Positions 39,231 to 52,382 of a stretch of DNA of 64,000 nt are shown one piece after another. The notes under the pieces are model-generated. The model was given only the letters and a program-made list of their open reading frames with translations. It had not been told where the DNA came from and did not search any database. Numbering within the stretch: position 1 is the stretch's first letter; each line of letters begins with the position of its first letter. A program made the position numbers and the translations under genes. This DNA is from Takakia lepidozioides. Its lineage: Eukaryota > Plantae > Bryophyta. The DNA is taken from the NCBI GenBank assembly GCA_030704615.1, contig CM060731.1, forward strand, positions 13,454,001 to 13,518,000. The letters are read 5' to 3'.

Positions 39231-40216
39231 AAAAGTAACCCTAACATGGATTCCCTCTCTATGCTTAAGGTGGTGAAGCTTCCATGTCGTGTACTTCGTA
39301 CACTTCCATACTGTTAAGTATGATGTGTGCTAGGCAAAGAGCAAGCTAACGTTTGTTTTAACATGAAAAATAACTTATGTTTTTTTATCTAAAAATTATT
39401 TTCTTTTCACTTACTTTTATCCGGCAGACCCGCTTATAGGCTGAGCAATCGCGCGGGGCGAATATTGCTATCAGCGCGGTGAAGCGGTGTCAGGGGCGGA
39501 TCAGCCCACTTTTCCAGCGGATCAGCCCCGTTTCACACTCATGTGCGCAGGACTTGTAAAGGAGAAGTGAGGAATTGGAGAGAAGAGGATGAGCATGAAC
39601 AAATGTGCTCTTGATTCTTTCACTGTTTTGTAACTAGCTGCTGATCTGATTCAGTACATTGTTTCCTCGCCATGCTCATGCTTTGCACTCCTCTTTATGT
39701 TTTTGTAGTGGATCCTTGATAATCACCCTATCCATTATTGTGGGTGAGTTGGGTGTCATCGATATATAGGGTACGGTCTTGGTACGGTGCTGTAGATGAT
39801 GTACCTATGGCACTTTTTGATCAAATTTGACGAACTCATACCGCCTACATCACTCGTGCATTTGGATTTGTGCTGTTGGAATGACAAAGATGCCCCCCAA
39901 CTGATGAAAACAATTAATTCATGGATGTGTGTGTATGTGGTGGCGTTCAACAGAGTGTGGTGATTTTGCTGCATCTTGCACACCTATATATATCTCGGGA
40001 AGCGTCCTCTCAGCCTCCTGCACAAATACGATTGGACATAGCGTGATTTCTAGTTTAGATCTCAATCCATTTCTAGGCAACAACAATGGGAACTTGGTGC
40101 AGGGATCCGATTTCTCGGCGTCATGCACCTCACGAGGATTTGGCCTGCTTGGACCGGAATACGATGTTTTTGCTCTTTGCAAGAAGCTAGATGGCACCGG
40201 TAAGAATACGTTCTAG

Positions 40217-40339
40217 GTAGCGCACTGGAGCGCGGCCGCTACGGGCCGTAGCAGGAGCTGTGCGTGACGAGACGCGGGAGCGTCGAGCCAGTCACAGCGA
40301 CCTGCTACTGCTCGTAGCGGCCGCGCTCCAGTGCGCTAC
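40217..40339. mobile_element. GC-rich 123-bp hairpin / tiny MITE
   Basis: A 27-bp perfect inverted repeat GTAGCGCACTGGAGCGCGGCCGCTACG extends with 2 mismatches to ~39 bp; TA flanks the core 40220-40336. Confidence 0.7.
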
Positions 40340-40809
40340 AGGACGTAATGTCACTGTCGCTAAGGATGGAGCAGGTCATAAAGTGACCTGCTGAGTAGGT
40401 CTTTCAGCCCTGTCACATCATAAAAGGACATACGAAGGACACAAAATACGAGATGAAAAGAAGGACACAGGCTACAGGAAATAGCGGGCCTCCTCGTACG
40501 CAATCAAAACCTGACACGTCAGCGTGATGCGCACGGCAGTGCATTACGTACTACAACGTACAAATCAATGTAGTGAACAATGACGGGACTTTGGCCTGGA
40601 ACAATTGTCGCCGCCGCTCTTTGCTTGAATCCACGCTAGTTGATGCTGCTCACAATTAAGGAGCTTGCGGATCACTGGGAGGCAGGAATATTCTCAACTG
40701 AAGATCGAACTCAAACAGGCAAATAAACGTTCAGTACGATGCGTGTATCCATGTCCGTGCTGGTTTACATGCTGTTGCATCTAGTACAGCTGTAGCTATG
40801 AACTTGGGA

Positions 40810-40849
40810 AATTGGGCCTTAAAAATTGGGCCTTAAAATTGGGCCTTAA
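40810..40849. promoter_or_regulatory. Triple AATTGGGCCTTAA repeat (three site-II-like TGGGCC motifs)
   Basis: Three head-to-tail copies are visible; TGGGCY is the plant site II/TCP motif; no target gene identified. Confidence 0.35.
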
Positions 40850-41799
40850 CCATGGCTGTGGGGGGGCCAAATAGCCGATTCAGTAAGTAGCTTAACTGTA
40901 TGAAGAGAGTAACACATACTTTGTGGGTTGTTTGAATGGTGAATACAAACAAGTTTTGCTAAATGGCATATCTCACATAATGTGATACAGGCGGTGGAGC
41001 CTCATAAAAATCTAACCCGGGGTCAAATGTGGCTAATGTGAAGACCCCACCAACGGTGGAACATTGTTTCGTGTCCTTTCCTGTGTAGATCTGGTCTAAA
41101 TTTCAATCACTCTACAGGCACTGGAAAGGGTTGGAAACCCTGCAATTCTATCTCAACATCTCAAAATCGTCCATTTGGCACTCCTGCCAGCTTGGAAATT
41201 GTCTGAGTCCCTCTGCACTATGGGCGCATCTGGAAAGCCAGGTTCTCATTGATATTTGACAACAAACCTATCTGCATCAAAGTATCTCTAGGTAATTTTA
41301 TTTTGACTTACTGATTGACCGGCCGAAAATAGAAATTTGGAACCTGAACCATCTTGAAATAAATGGAAGTGTTACTATAGGAGAGTACAGGAACAATAAC
41401 TTGTCTGAAAGGACGTCATTCGTTTTTTTTCATTCAAATGGACTATCAAATCTGTGGTTAAACTGAACTAACCTACAAAAATTGACTAGGAGATCTGATA
41501 TTATTAATTTAACAGGATAGGTTATAAGAACCACCTACCTCTCCATGATCTCCCTGAAATATCCAAACTTGTCAGGGACCATTAGGTTTTAAGGCTTGCT
41601 TTTTAATGCAGTACTGTAATGGCACCAACCTAATGTCCAAGATAGTAATGAAATGAGGTCGTATCAGACAAAACTGGGTGTTTAAGAGGAAGTACCGTAG
41701 CTGTTAACTCTACTCAATCGGACAGTTTGCCACTGAACTTCTGATGCAGCAGAAGATACTCTTTAGTCTTAAAGGAAATGTCCCTGTGCCAAGTGACAA

Positions 41800-44700
41800 T
41801 TATGCTGCCTTGACCTTTGTGGAGTAATCAGCCAGGTGGGAGAGAATGTAATACCCTGGCACCACAGTGATTACCCCCAGTACTCCCAGTGTCCGCAATG
41901 TAGTGAACAAGTTGAGCTGCATACAATGATGCCAAAAAATTCAGTCACATTGGACGAGTAATTTCCTGCGAACCTATTTCAGTCGTGACAGCCTGTGCTT
42001 TCCAGTATTTTGGTAAATGACTAACTGGGCAGCTAAATGGAACCTTTAAATTCCTACCCCACCAGCTGAGCTCATTCACATTTGTAAGAATTCTTTTTTG
42101 TAAGAACTAAAATTCTCCCTCCCTGAGATTCCCAAACAAGCAGAACTCAGTAGTAAACTTAATAAAAACATGATCCCATTTTCTTTGAGCCATATTTTTC
42201 CCTCAGTGGATTAAACTCACCTTCAACCAGAACAAGAAGTAGAGTAGTAGGATGCTGGCAACTCCACCATGGAATCCCAAAGCAGCAATCACTGGCAGTC
42301 CAGATGATGGGAAAAGCTTCAGATTTGCACCTAGATATAGAAGCTGCACACAAGTGCAAATAGTACCGTGCCAAGCACCACAAATGTTATCAAGGAGAGT
42401 TTGTGGAGACTAGAGAGACAGTGCAATGCTGACAGTGCTGGACTTAGAATAGGCTTTCTACTTCCCCCCCCAAAAAAGGGACTTCTGCCAAAGATAAATT
42501 ATGGTGTCACTTCACCCTGAAGGACAACTGCCTTTGGTTTGGAAGATGGACAACTAATAATGGCCAGAACTGGGGCAAAATGGTTGCCCAAACCTCCCCC
42601 ACGCACTCAAAAGCCCCAGGCACCCACATATTAGATGACTGTCTGACCCAACAACCCCCTTTTTATATCTGGGTTCGCCATACTGAGTGACATCCAACAT
42701 ACACGTATGTGGCTGTGAACCCATGCCCACTTGCCCTAACCCACTGAGCTCGCTGTTGGATGCTACTTTCTACTATAATCAATGTCAGCCCTTAATCCAC
42801 AATCTGATCCTCTGTGACAGAGTTGGGGTTCCAGATGAGTATCATATCCTGGTGAAATTAACCCAGGACCAGCTTTCCAAGCAATAAGCTGGAAGAGGAC
42901 TCCAAGGGCACGCTCCATCAGCAGTCAAGAAACTGCAATGAGTCTTTCTCATTCTTTCATCTGATCTGCATAAAAATGTCTTTACTGCTGTGACATTTCT
43001 TGCTCAATTTTGCTTTTTTTCTACTCAGATCGTTACTCATAAGAACCAGGATAGAACACTAGATTCAGACAAAATGGTTTGACTGTACACAAGCGGTCAG
43101 TGACTTCAGCTGCCAACAAGCCCACACGATGAGAGCCTGCAAAAAGTTTGGAAGGAGTTCACACCAAGCATACAATGTCTATGAGGACAAATGACTGACA
43201 GAAGATTCCGCAACAAAGTGTTCATGAACCTCAACAAAATGAAGGCACTTACCCCAAGAAAGAAACCAGACAGAGGAAGCAGTGTCAGGACCAAGAAAGT
43301 GCTTGACAGGTAAGTAGCAGGCCGCTTTTCAGGCTGCCTGAAAATGTGTGCAATCTCTGGCTTTGGGCCAAACCGAGAAGTTATCTCATCCGAAGCAGTT
43401 GGAGGCCGTGCTTTGCCCTCTGGAGTATCTGGCAAGTCCAGGTCTAGGTTTGCCAAAGTCCATACAAATGGATTCTCCTGCTCACATTTCACCATTTCAA
43501 TCAGTGCCATTCATTTGCTTAACTCAGGTGGCAAAACAGATATCAGACCAGTAATCTTGAAGTAGAGAGAGGTGACAAACAGAGGTTCCCTTCCATTGCT
43601 GGATTGAAGGCCCAGACATTGTTTGCAACTTCATCACATGAAAACTCTCCACTTCATTGTTTCTTGTATTATGGAGATGTGCGAAGAGCTAATTGAAAGA
43701 ACCTAGTGACAACTTCCAACCGTCCCAGGGAACATAGACAATGGAAGCTACGTCACATGGAAAATTAATTAAGCGAGGCAAGCCAAAGGGAAAAGGTCAT
43801 ACCATTGTCATATCACCCACAATCAACTCAATTGTGTACGTTCCTGACAGATAACGTAACTTTTCTACCAAGCCCAGGAGATCCTGTAATCGGCACCCCA
43901 CCAAGTCTCCATTAGTAATCCAATTCTAATAGGAAGGGGAATGATGGGGTTGTAGGAATTAGCAGATCAGTGCAGGAATTCAATCAGCAAATCACTGAAG
44001 ACCTGCTCGCATCATACCAGAGATAGCTCAAAACGCTTCCCAGAGGATTGGACCAGATAGAGGTGTTCAACTTGGCTCTCATGCCGTAATTTCACAAAAA
44101 CCTGCCCACACCAAGCACCAAGTCTTTAATAAGAACAGTGTTCTTATACAAACAAATAACAAGAAACACCATTAGTAACTCAGTCACAAATTATATGACA
44201 TGCCGTAATTTCACAAAAACCTGCCCACAACAAACACCAAGTCTTTAATAAGAACAGTGTTCTTATACAAACAAATAACAAGAAACGCCATTAGTAACTC
44301 AGTCACAAATTACATGAAAGGAAGTAACATGTTCAGAAGGAGAACCTGTTGTGGTTTGAATGAGCCACCTGACGGAGATGTGAGCTCGAATGTTAGCCGC
44401 AGTTTCTGTAGATGATTTGCTGACAACGTAGCTGTGTCCTTTTTCCCATAATCTAACCTGCTTTGCATGGCATACAAGCAGTACTTGACAAGTAAGAGGC
44501 TGCTTGATAAACATAAAGTTTGTCTTGAGAGTTCTACTTTGCCATTAGCTTTGCAACCGCTTCCAGGTTGGGAATAACCATAATGACAGATAATGCATTT
44601 AGCTAGTTTTGTGGTACGGTCAGTATGGCATAGATACAATGAGTACCTCCCTTGAGCAACATATTACAAGAGTTTTCCATTAGTTTCTATTTCAGCAAGT

Positions 44701-47700
44701 GACCGATCTGGTAAGACAGAAAACTCATTTCATATAAGCAGAAATTCAGCACACAGTGTTGATCCTCTAGTAAAATGGAAAAACATGTCATCATTGTTAA
44801 GTGTATCTCGCCCTACAGAAAGCAAGAGGCCTGTGGACTCGAGACTTACCGAGCCAAGGAGTCAGCGCTCCCAGTATCACCATCCAGAATAGCCAATTCA
44901 ACTTTAGACACAGAAATTCTGGCAGTAACAGTCACAAAAGTTGTGACAGGGCCCCCTGTTGTGAAGGTATGAGTAGAATCTGTCTCTGGCTTCACCTGCA
45001 CATTCCAAGTCCAAGACATTATATCTTTCTGAGAGTTAAGATGAAACTGTTTCTATCACAAATCAAGATGGGAACAGCACCATTGAACCACTTGAACTTC
45101 TTGCAACCACTTGAAGCGACGAACAACAAATTCACTCACACAAAAGACAGCTTCTACAAGTACAGCTTCGGCTTTCATTAGTGCCAAAGCACAATGGAAG
45201 ACATGTGGCACTCGTATAAAGCCATCCCAACACCTTAATATCTCTCTTGTTTTCCTCCTCAAATTGAATAATTAGAGGAAGAGAGACAAAACATACCTCC
45301 AGCCTAAGCTTATATCTCCCCACGGGGGTTTTACTGGACAGAAAGTCAAACAGGTACTTTCCACTATCCCCAACTGGTTCCAATTTCTGCATCAAATCCC
45401 AAATAGTCACACCCATAGATAATAAAAAATGTCACATGTAAGTAGTGGCCTCATAGAAATGGGATTTTGACTAGAAGTCGAGATTGCAATCTGAGGGGAG
45501 GAAGTCAACATGTACGAGAGCCATCGTTGTTCCCAAAAGTATACATCAATGTGAGACCTCCTGACAGAGGGTAGCAACATACTGATTTTCTGTGTCAACA
45601 TGTGAAAAGTATTATGCTTTCATGAATCTATTGTCTCTACTTGGATGTAAACATTTTACTTCCATCCTTCTCTCTGGTATTCTTCCAGAGGTTTCTTTCT
45701 TTCTGGTGGTGTGAATCAAATTCTAAAGAAGGGTCTGGAAAGAGCTACGAGACAAACCACCACTATCTATAACCTCAAGAACTATGAGCCCCGGAACACC
45801 ATACAGAAAGAGTGCTCAAAAAGTGTACAGGGTATAGCAAGCCAACACCTGTCAAGAAAACAACCAGAAGTCTCCCATCTACGATCTGGCAACAGCAACA
45901 AGAAGGTTAATTTCCTACAATTCATGGAAAGATCAAAGTGAAAGTACATTCCAGGGAGGTTAGACTTACAGACAGTGAAGGAGTAATACCTTGTTGGACC
46001 AGACAGGTGGGGCATCAGATCCACTTCGGTGAGATGTGAGGAGAGTCAAAGTGGCTGGGGGAGGTGGTGATCCAAGCAATGTTGTAACAGCCACCTATAC
46101 AATGACACATCACTCTGCCTTTCTGAGTTCACACTTCCATGAGGGCCTGGACTTGAATGGGCGAATCAGGTTCTTCTCATTGAAACTTCACAATCACGTT
46201 TCAACAGTTCACTTTTTTTCGGCACTTACTATGACAGGGTCACAGAAAATGCCAATTTTACGCTTTTTGAGATTTCCAATGATTTTGATGCACCATAGAG
46301 TTCTACTCTTACTGTGTCCGCAGAGAGCCAAGGACCTTAATGAGTCTTCATATTCTATACCCCACAATAGCCTGCTCCAGGAAAAATAGAGCAAGGACAC
46401 CTGGCACCTGGCCAAGATAACCTTCCAACTTTAAACATCACTCTACACGATAACCCCTCCAGGTTAGCATATCATACGTTCCTCTAAAGCTAGTAGCCTA
46501 GCCCCTGAAAGGAGGGAGTACCTACAAGGGGGAAGAGGGTCTCATTTAAGCTGCTTTTGGTTGCAGAACTTGGATTAGTGACCTACCTCAAGCTTATCAT
46601 TCGAAGTGACGGAAAGAATAGATGATGGCACAACAGCCAGTGGAACAGTCAGCCTGCCATGGAACATTGCGCGCATTAATACACTTCAATGTGATTACAC
46701 AGATACCAAAACCGATGGTCTAGTACTGACTCGTCAAATGTGCTTCACTTGTTTTTTCTCAACTGCAGATTAGATAAATTATATATAACATGAAACGAAG
46801 CTTGCTGTAACCCTTGAGTAGGTTTAAAGTAAAATGCCAGCAAAAGGTAAGATCCATTTGACCTAGATCTCAACAGTTCAAGAGAGATTACAACATGTAT
46901 TAGTGTCTCTTCTGTGAAAAGCCTTCTAGCATAACACATAAATTTTCCGAAGTACTGTTTCCTTTTGAGAATAAACAATCCATACCTACACAAACGCCTA
47001 CATGCAGACATGAACAAGAACAGCAAATGCGGTCCACAAAGAGATGGAAAGCTCACCTGTTTTTTTCCAAGATTCCCAATGCATCTATCTGGTAGAAACC
47101 TTCAGTGGGCTTAGCTGGTATGCCCAAGCTCAATAAGAAACTGGCAATTCCAAGCACTTTGTCTGACCCTACCTGCAGGAAAAGACATGTGACTCAACAC
47201 TGCAAACAACACACTGGTCCTTACCCTAACAAATATCAAAGAGAAAACTGCTTTGTTGCAGAAGATGAAACAGCCAAACTGTGCAAGTTATGGAAAACCA
47301 TCTATCTGCCCCTCCACTTGGCAGGTGTCTATTACCTTAAGGCCATTTGGAAGAACTCCAGCCAGGGCTGCAGATCCTCGGAGCACAGCCCATGTGGCAG
47401 CAAGAGGACCTCCCCCTCCGCTGATTTTGTCACTCTTGCTCTCTTCAAAGTAGAACAGTCCTTCCTCTGCATAACAGAAGTCATTTTCGAATGATGATTG
47501 GACTCACCTCAAAATGTGAGCAAAGCTGTTCAGAGTGCATTGATAGATTAGAATATTCCTCTGTGGAATTCAGGGATCGCAATTCACTGCACCTTACCAT
47601 AACTTTCAAGGTTGTCAAAAAGCTTCACAACAGCAGCCTTCACAGCAGCAATCTGCACATCAACGCGCATTTTACTCAACCTTGATATCATGAAGAGACC

Positions 47701-50700
47701 TCAAGATAGTGTCAAAACACGAGCAAGGGAAACATTCTCTATTGTTCTGACCTGGTTAGGAGCAACACTGTTCTGAGGAAGGAAGCATATTCCTTAACAA
47801 CCCTTAATTTGACGCTCAATTTTCAGCTTAAGGCAAGTTGGTCAGAATACAGGAGTCTAATGAACGCAAAACATCAATCTTAAATAAGATCAAGAGGCCA
47901 TCTGAATAGCAACTCACATCTGCTCGATGGGCATCAAGGCCAGTAATCTCCACGACTCCCGCAGCAATCTCAAAAGCAAGCCCTGTTGGTAAATTCAAAG
48001 AGTCAAGTACACATCACCTGTAGTGCTGTACAAATTTGGCTTAACATTATTCAATATGCCAATAAGAGATAAACTCCAAAGAGAACACAATTGGAATATC
48101 ACACAAAACTTGCTCTAGAAGCTTCAGTGCATCCATGCCATGTCCATGCACACATTCTCTCTTCCCATCTTCCCATAAAACAGAGCAGATGACAATTTGG
48201 CATGTTATCACCTTCTTCCTAAAACAAATCACTCCACCTACCAATTTGATCACATCTCAAATGCCATAAAGGAAAATGGAAATGGAAATGAGGAATGAAC
48301 CGGCAGCTTTTGCACTGGATTCAGGCTCAGAATCTATATACCGCCACATGCCATCACTTCCAGACAAAGCCTGCATGAGACCACCTAGGCTTGTTTAAAA
48401 ACAACTGCCTATGACAAGACTCCCTCAGGCTGTCATAGGCCCCCCAACCCACCAGACTTCATAAAGTTTCCTTGTTTCTTTCCTTCTCATGATACAAGAG
48501 CATCATTGGGAATGTGTGAACTTCGTCACAATGTGCACAAATGCAGCACAGAATCAGAGCCTTCAGAACATGTAATCTTTGCCTTTGCACCCTCCATACA
48601 CAAGTTGGATGACAAGGAATTCATTAACATAAAAACAATGGTTCCTCATCCTTGAGAAAGATATGATGTTTAGAGGCCAGCCACAGCATTTGAACATCAT
48701 ACACAGAAGTTTGATCACAAGGACTTGATTGGATAGAAAGAACAGTTCGGCGTCCAAACTGTAAATCCAGATATTCCAGTATGAATCCAACTGAAGGTGA
48801 CTAAGCAGAAAATGAAGTTGAAATCTAAGTGAAATACAAGAGTTCCAGGAGAGGGCTTGTTACCTTGAGGGAATGGAGAGCATCACCAACAGCCTCCTCG
48901 AAATGTGCAGTCTGAGAACTCCAGCCATGCTTCTGTAAAAAGGAACCAAAACCTAAAATCATCAAACTGTTGGAGATTGTCTTGGATCAAAGGATCATAG
49001 TAGCTTACAGAAGTGGTTTAAAGTTCTTCCTGATACTTGGCTGCTAATTCGTCGACTAATAGAAAAGTACCAGTGACACTTTCGGTGTGGTCAACCTTGA
49101 AGTTTAGAACCACCCAAAAAAGAGAGTTCTGTAACTATGGGAATCAATTTAAATAGTCCATTAGGTTGGGTATCACTCACTAGCTGATAAAGGCAGGTAG
49201 GAGAAGACAGAATGTATAACAAACTACCAGGCTGTCAACAGACATAGTAACATCAAAGCTGACTTTCAAAATTACCGTCTGGCAAATACTACAAACCATC
49301 ATACCAAAGCTCAGCCCTGATCTTCCAGCTCTCATGACCGATATTTCTCAGCAAAGCCCTTTGGCTAAGCATAGCGTATATAGTCGTTAGTGACATTAAT
49401 CATTGAGCTTACACCAGTCAGCCAACTCACTTAGTATAACTTCAAACAAAGCAGCAGTTACTTTTAACCTTGACTGTTCTTTCCTACAATGCCATCGCAG
49501 GGTTCATTCACAGTTTAGGCACCATGAATCATTTTCAACCTTGACAGTCCTTGCTACAAGAAAGGATAATACACATACTTACGAAACTAAACAAACAGTG
49601 TGGAAGTGAGATAGTGACACATCACAGCTGACATCCAAATCTGTGGAGTCAAAAATGATAATCTCTCTGTGGGGCTTTAATGTGAAACCTCAGCCCTGAT
49701 CTTTAGGCTCTCATAATCCATATTTTCAGCGAAGCCCAGATGCTAAGCATAGTAGATATGATCACAGTGACATATCATACACGATTCAGTGCACTAAATA
49801 AATAGACTTTCGAAAAGCGAGAGTGGCTTTTCATCTTGCCTCTCCTTGCCTATACATCACAGGTTCATCACCACACATCTTGCACCTCCAAACATGTCAT
49901 TGTACATATCCGGAATCAATAGATCACAAACATGCCCAGGGTTCAAAATTCATAGAACATGGTAAGGTTGACTTCTCCAGTACAACACAGCGACTAAAGC
50001 TAGCTCCTTCAAGCTCTCATGCATCAATGTTTCACCAGAGCCATGGGCTCAGAATAGCGTATATAGTCATGATGACTTCTTAATCACTGAGCTTTGTTAT
50101 CTCTCATGAGGCCCCACTTATTCTCCCTCCAAATCCAATTTGTTCCCCAAACTAGCAACTATATCTGACATATGAAGGGGGGTACTTCAGACTGGGACAG
50201 ACTTGTGTTTTAAACCCAAACAGCAATTGCGACCAAAATCAAGGATGATGTGTGTATAATAGGAAGACCTTCAGATGTGCCAGGCCTTTAGCACCATAGA
50301 AACTGTACATACACCTACAACCAGAGGGCAGGAGAGAAGGGCATATGAGAGAGAAGGAGAATATTACTTGCATATCTGGGGGCAAAGACAACAACCCACA
50401 TTAAACAAACAATGGAATGTTAACAGAATACTTGATACCTTAATTGTGGAGAGAGCACCCACAGAGTAGTATAGCTCAAGAAGATTTTTGGACTTCACTG
50501 CAGCTAGCAGCCTAGACACAACACCCTTCACACGAAAAGCCTTCATTAGTGCATGAACCATCGGATGACTGATGGATACTACTTGCTGTCCAATTTACAA
50601 GTGGAATTCTTCACTCTCTCTGGCTCTAGACAACATGCAATTCTTCTCTAAGCCTCTCTCCTTTCCTAGCTAGTTCTTCATATGACACGACTGTGCACAG

Positions 50701-52283
50701 AAGAAGCCTATCAATGTAGGTTATCATGCCATCAGAGTAATTCCACCAATTCATTGCACAACAAACCTCGCCCCTATCCAATGTGGCATCCACTTCCACT
50801 TGTCCTTGCAAATGGTAAGTCTTTCCAGCCCTCAAACTGTTGCATTCCACTACCTTAGTCCAAATGAGAAGGAAAGCCGTTGAGTGGGATCAATTGCTCA
50901 ACACACCACATCCTCCACCTATATCCAATGAGGCCCAGTGCAGGGTGCTGGTGAAATGACATCTAGACTTGTGGTCAATGATAGAGAACAAAAGAGCTTA
51001 CCCTAGCAAGCTCTTCTCCTTGTGGACAGTGAAGAATGCCTGCAACTTCAATGGCATAGAATGAATCTTGGGCAGTTTTCAAAGATGAACTTAACGCCCC
51101 AGATACCCAACTACATGTCTTGTCTGCTTGCAAATCTGAGCTTTTAAGAACTTGCAACAACCTCACCGCTTGGTAGGTTTCTTCAAGGCTGGCTTCCCCA
51201 ATACAACAACAGATGTATTAGTGATATTTCACCGAATTCAACATAGTAAAACACACCAATGATCCTTTATAGGGAATAACTTACTCAAGCTCTTATAAAC
51301 ATGGTAATAGATCAATAAATTACGTTCCAATACTCACAGCAACATTCAAGTAAGGCTCCCCATAACAGCTTGCAGACAGGTGGTGCACAGTCAATAAAGC
51401 AATTTCCTTCCTACTTCTCTCTGTCTCAGTCAGTCAGTCAGTCAGTCAGTCAGACTGTCTCTCTTGTGACACATCTTGGATGTATAACACCACATCCATA
51501 CCAAGAGTGTAGTTTCACTACAAAGAAGAGACAAGATTTGACAAACAACGTCATGTGTCAGCTAGTCTTTCCCTTGTCAAATGATAGTCTCAGTGACCTC
51601 AAATCCTACCAGATGCTGTACACCGACTCGAAGCCAAATGGTGGAAACATCGGGCCTGGCAAGGGAGGGAACTTACCTGCCGAACGAGCCATCTGCATTC
51701 TCGACATACAAATGTGAGGCCGCTAGTTTGTCAGCTTCACTCAAAGGCCGTAGAGCACCATTCACAAGAGCTAAATTGCTGACCAGCACCAGCACTACAC
51801 CAAACACCAGCCCTGCACATGCCAGGCGGCGAATCCAATAAAAATCTTCATTCCCAAGTCATGTGAAATAGAGAAAAACGATGACAGGTCATCGAATGGA
51901 AGACTTGAGGGCAGAGTTCGACTGGATCTTAACCCTCTGTAAGCCGGTCGTAGGGCTTAAACACAGAAGGGTATGAGACTCTCGACATTGCGATCGCGCA
52001 CAGCCACATTATACGAGAGTTGGTCTGGATCTAAGGCCCTGCATTGAAATCCTGCTTAAAGCATGATTCTGATAGAAAGATTTATACTCTGGCCTTGAAC
52101 TGCACTGCTACTCGCACTGTAGAGCGAATGGCGCGTAGAGAATAAGAGAGATCGTTCAGATCACATTGAAACGTACATCGCAGCAGCCGAGAACACCAAA
52201 GATGAAAAAACAGACAAGAAACGTGGGAGAGAGAGAAAGAATAAGCACATACGTGCTACCGTGCTCCCGGTGGAGGACGCCAT
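41800..52283 (-). CDS. RPN2: Ribophorin II / oligosaccharyltransferase subunit 2 (HAP6-like), ~20 exons
   Basis: Exons include 52253-52283 + 51677-51812 (signal peptide [29 protein letters not shown]...DGSFGS), 51002-51188 (LEETYQA), 44346-44457 ([11 protein letters not shown]...FKPQQ), 44018-44101 ([13 protein letters not shown]), ~43803-43883 ([20 protein letters not shown]), ~43253-43477 ([19 protein letters not shown]), 42221-42343 (TM helices, LFWLK) and 41800-41917 (LNLFTTL...STKVKAA*), with GT-AG boundaries. Confidence 0.93.
44080..44312. repeat. 119-bp tandem duplication across an RPN2 intron/exon junction
   Basis: CATGCCGTAATTTCACAAAAACCTGCCCACA...CAGTCACAAATTA at 44080-44193 and 44199-44312. 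Confidence 0.9.
51426..51453. repeat. (CAGT)n microsatellite in RPN2 intron 2
   Basis: About 7 CAGT units. Confidence 0.85.
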
Positions 52284-52373
52284 GGCGGAGCTCCGAAGTC
52301 GTCGTCTCGCACCTCAAACCCTCGCAAACCCCACACTCTGACGAACGCATGGATGAACAGATGACCTGCGATG

Positions 52374-52382
52374 AAACCCTAA
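52374..52382. promoter_or_regulatory. Telo-box upstream of RPN2
   Basis: AAACCCTAA ~90 bp upstream of the RPN2 ATG, typical of plant housekeeping genes. Confidence 0.5.

Larger units (their letters stand above)
36758..39553. mobile_element. Non-autonomous TIR element containing a tandem-repeat array
   Basis: 20-bp TIRs GTACTACGCACATGAGGGTG / CACACTCATGTGCGCAGGAC (17/20) flanked by TTGTA (36753-36757, 39554-39558); GC-rich GCGGAT subterminal repeats. Confidence 0.65.

Noticed and set aside
49309-50092. Two to three diverged ~90-bp copies in an RPN2 intron
   Set aside because: Old local duplications; no structure, splice or snoRNA box signals I could support.
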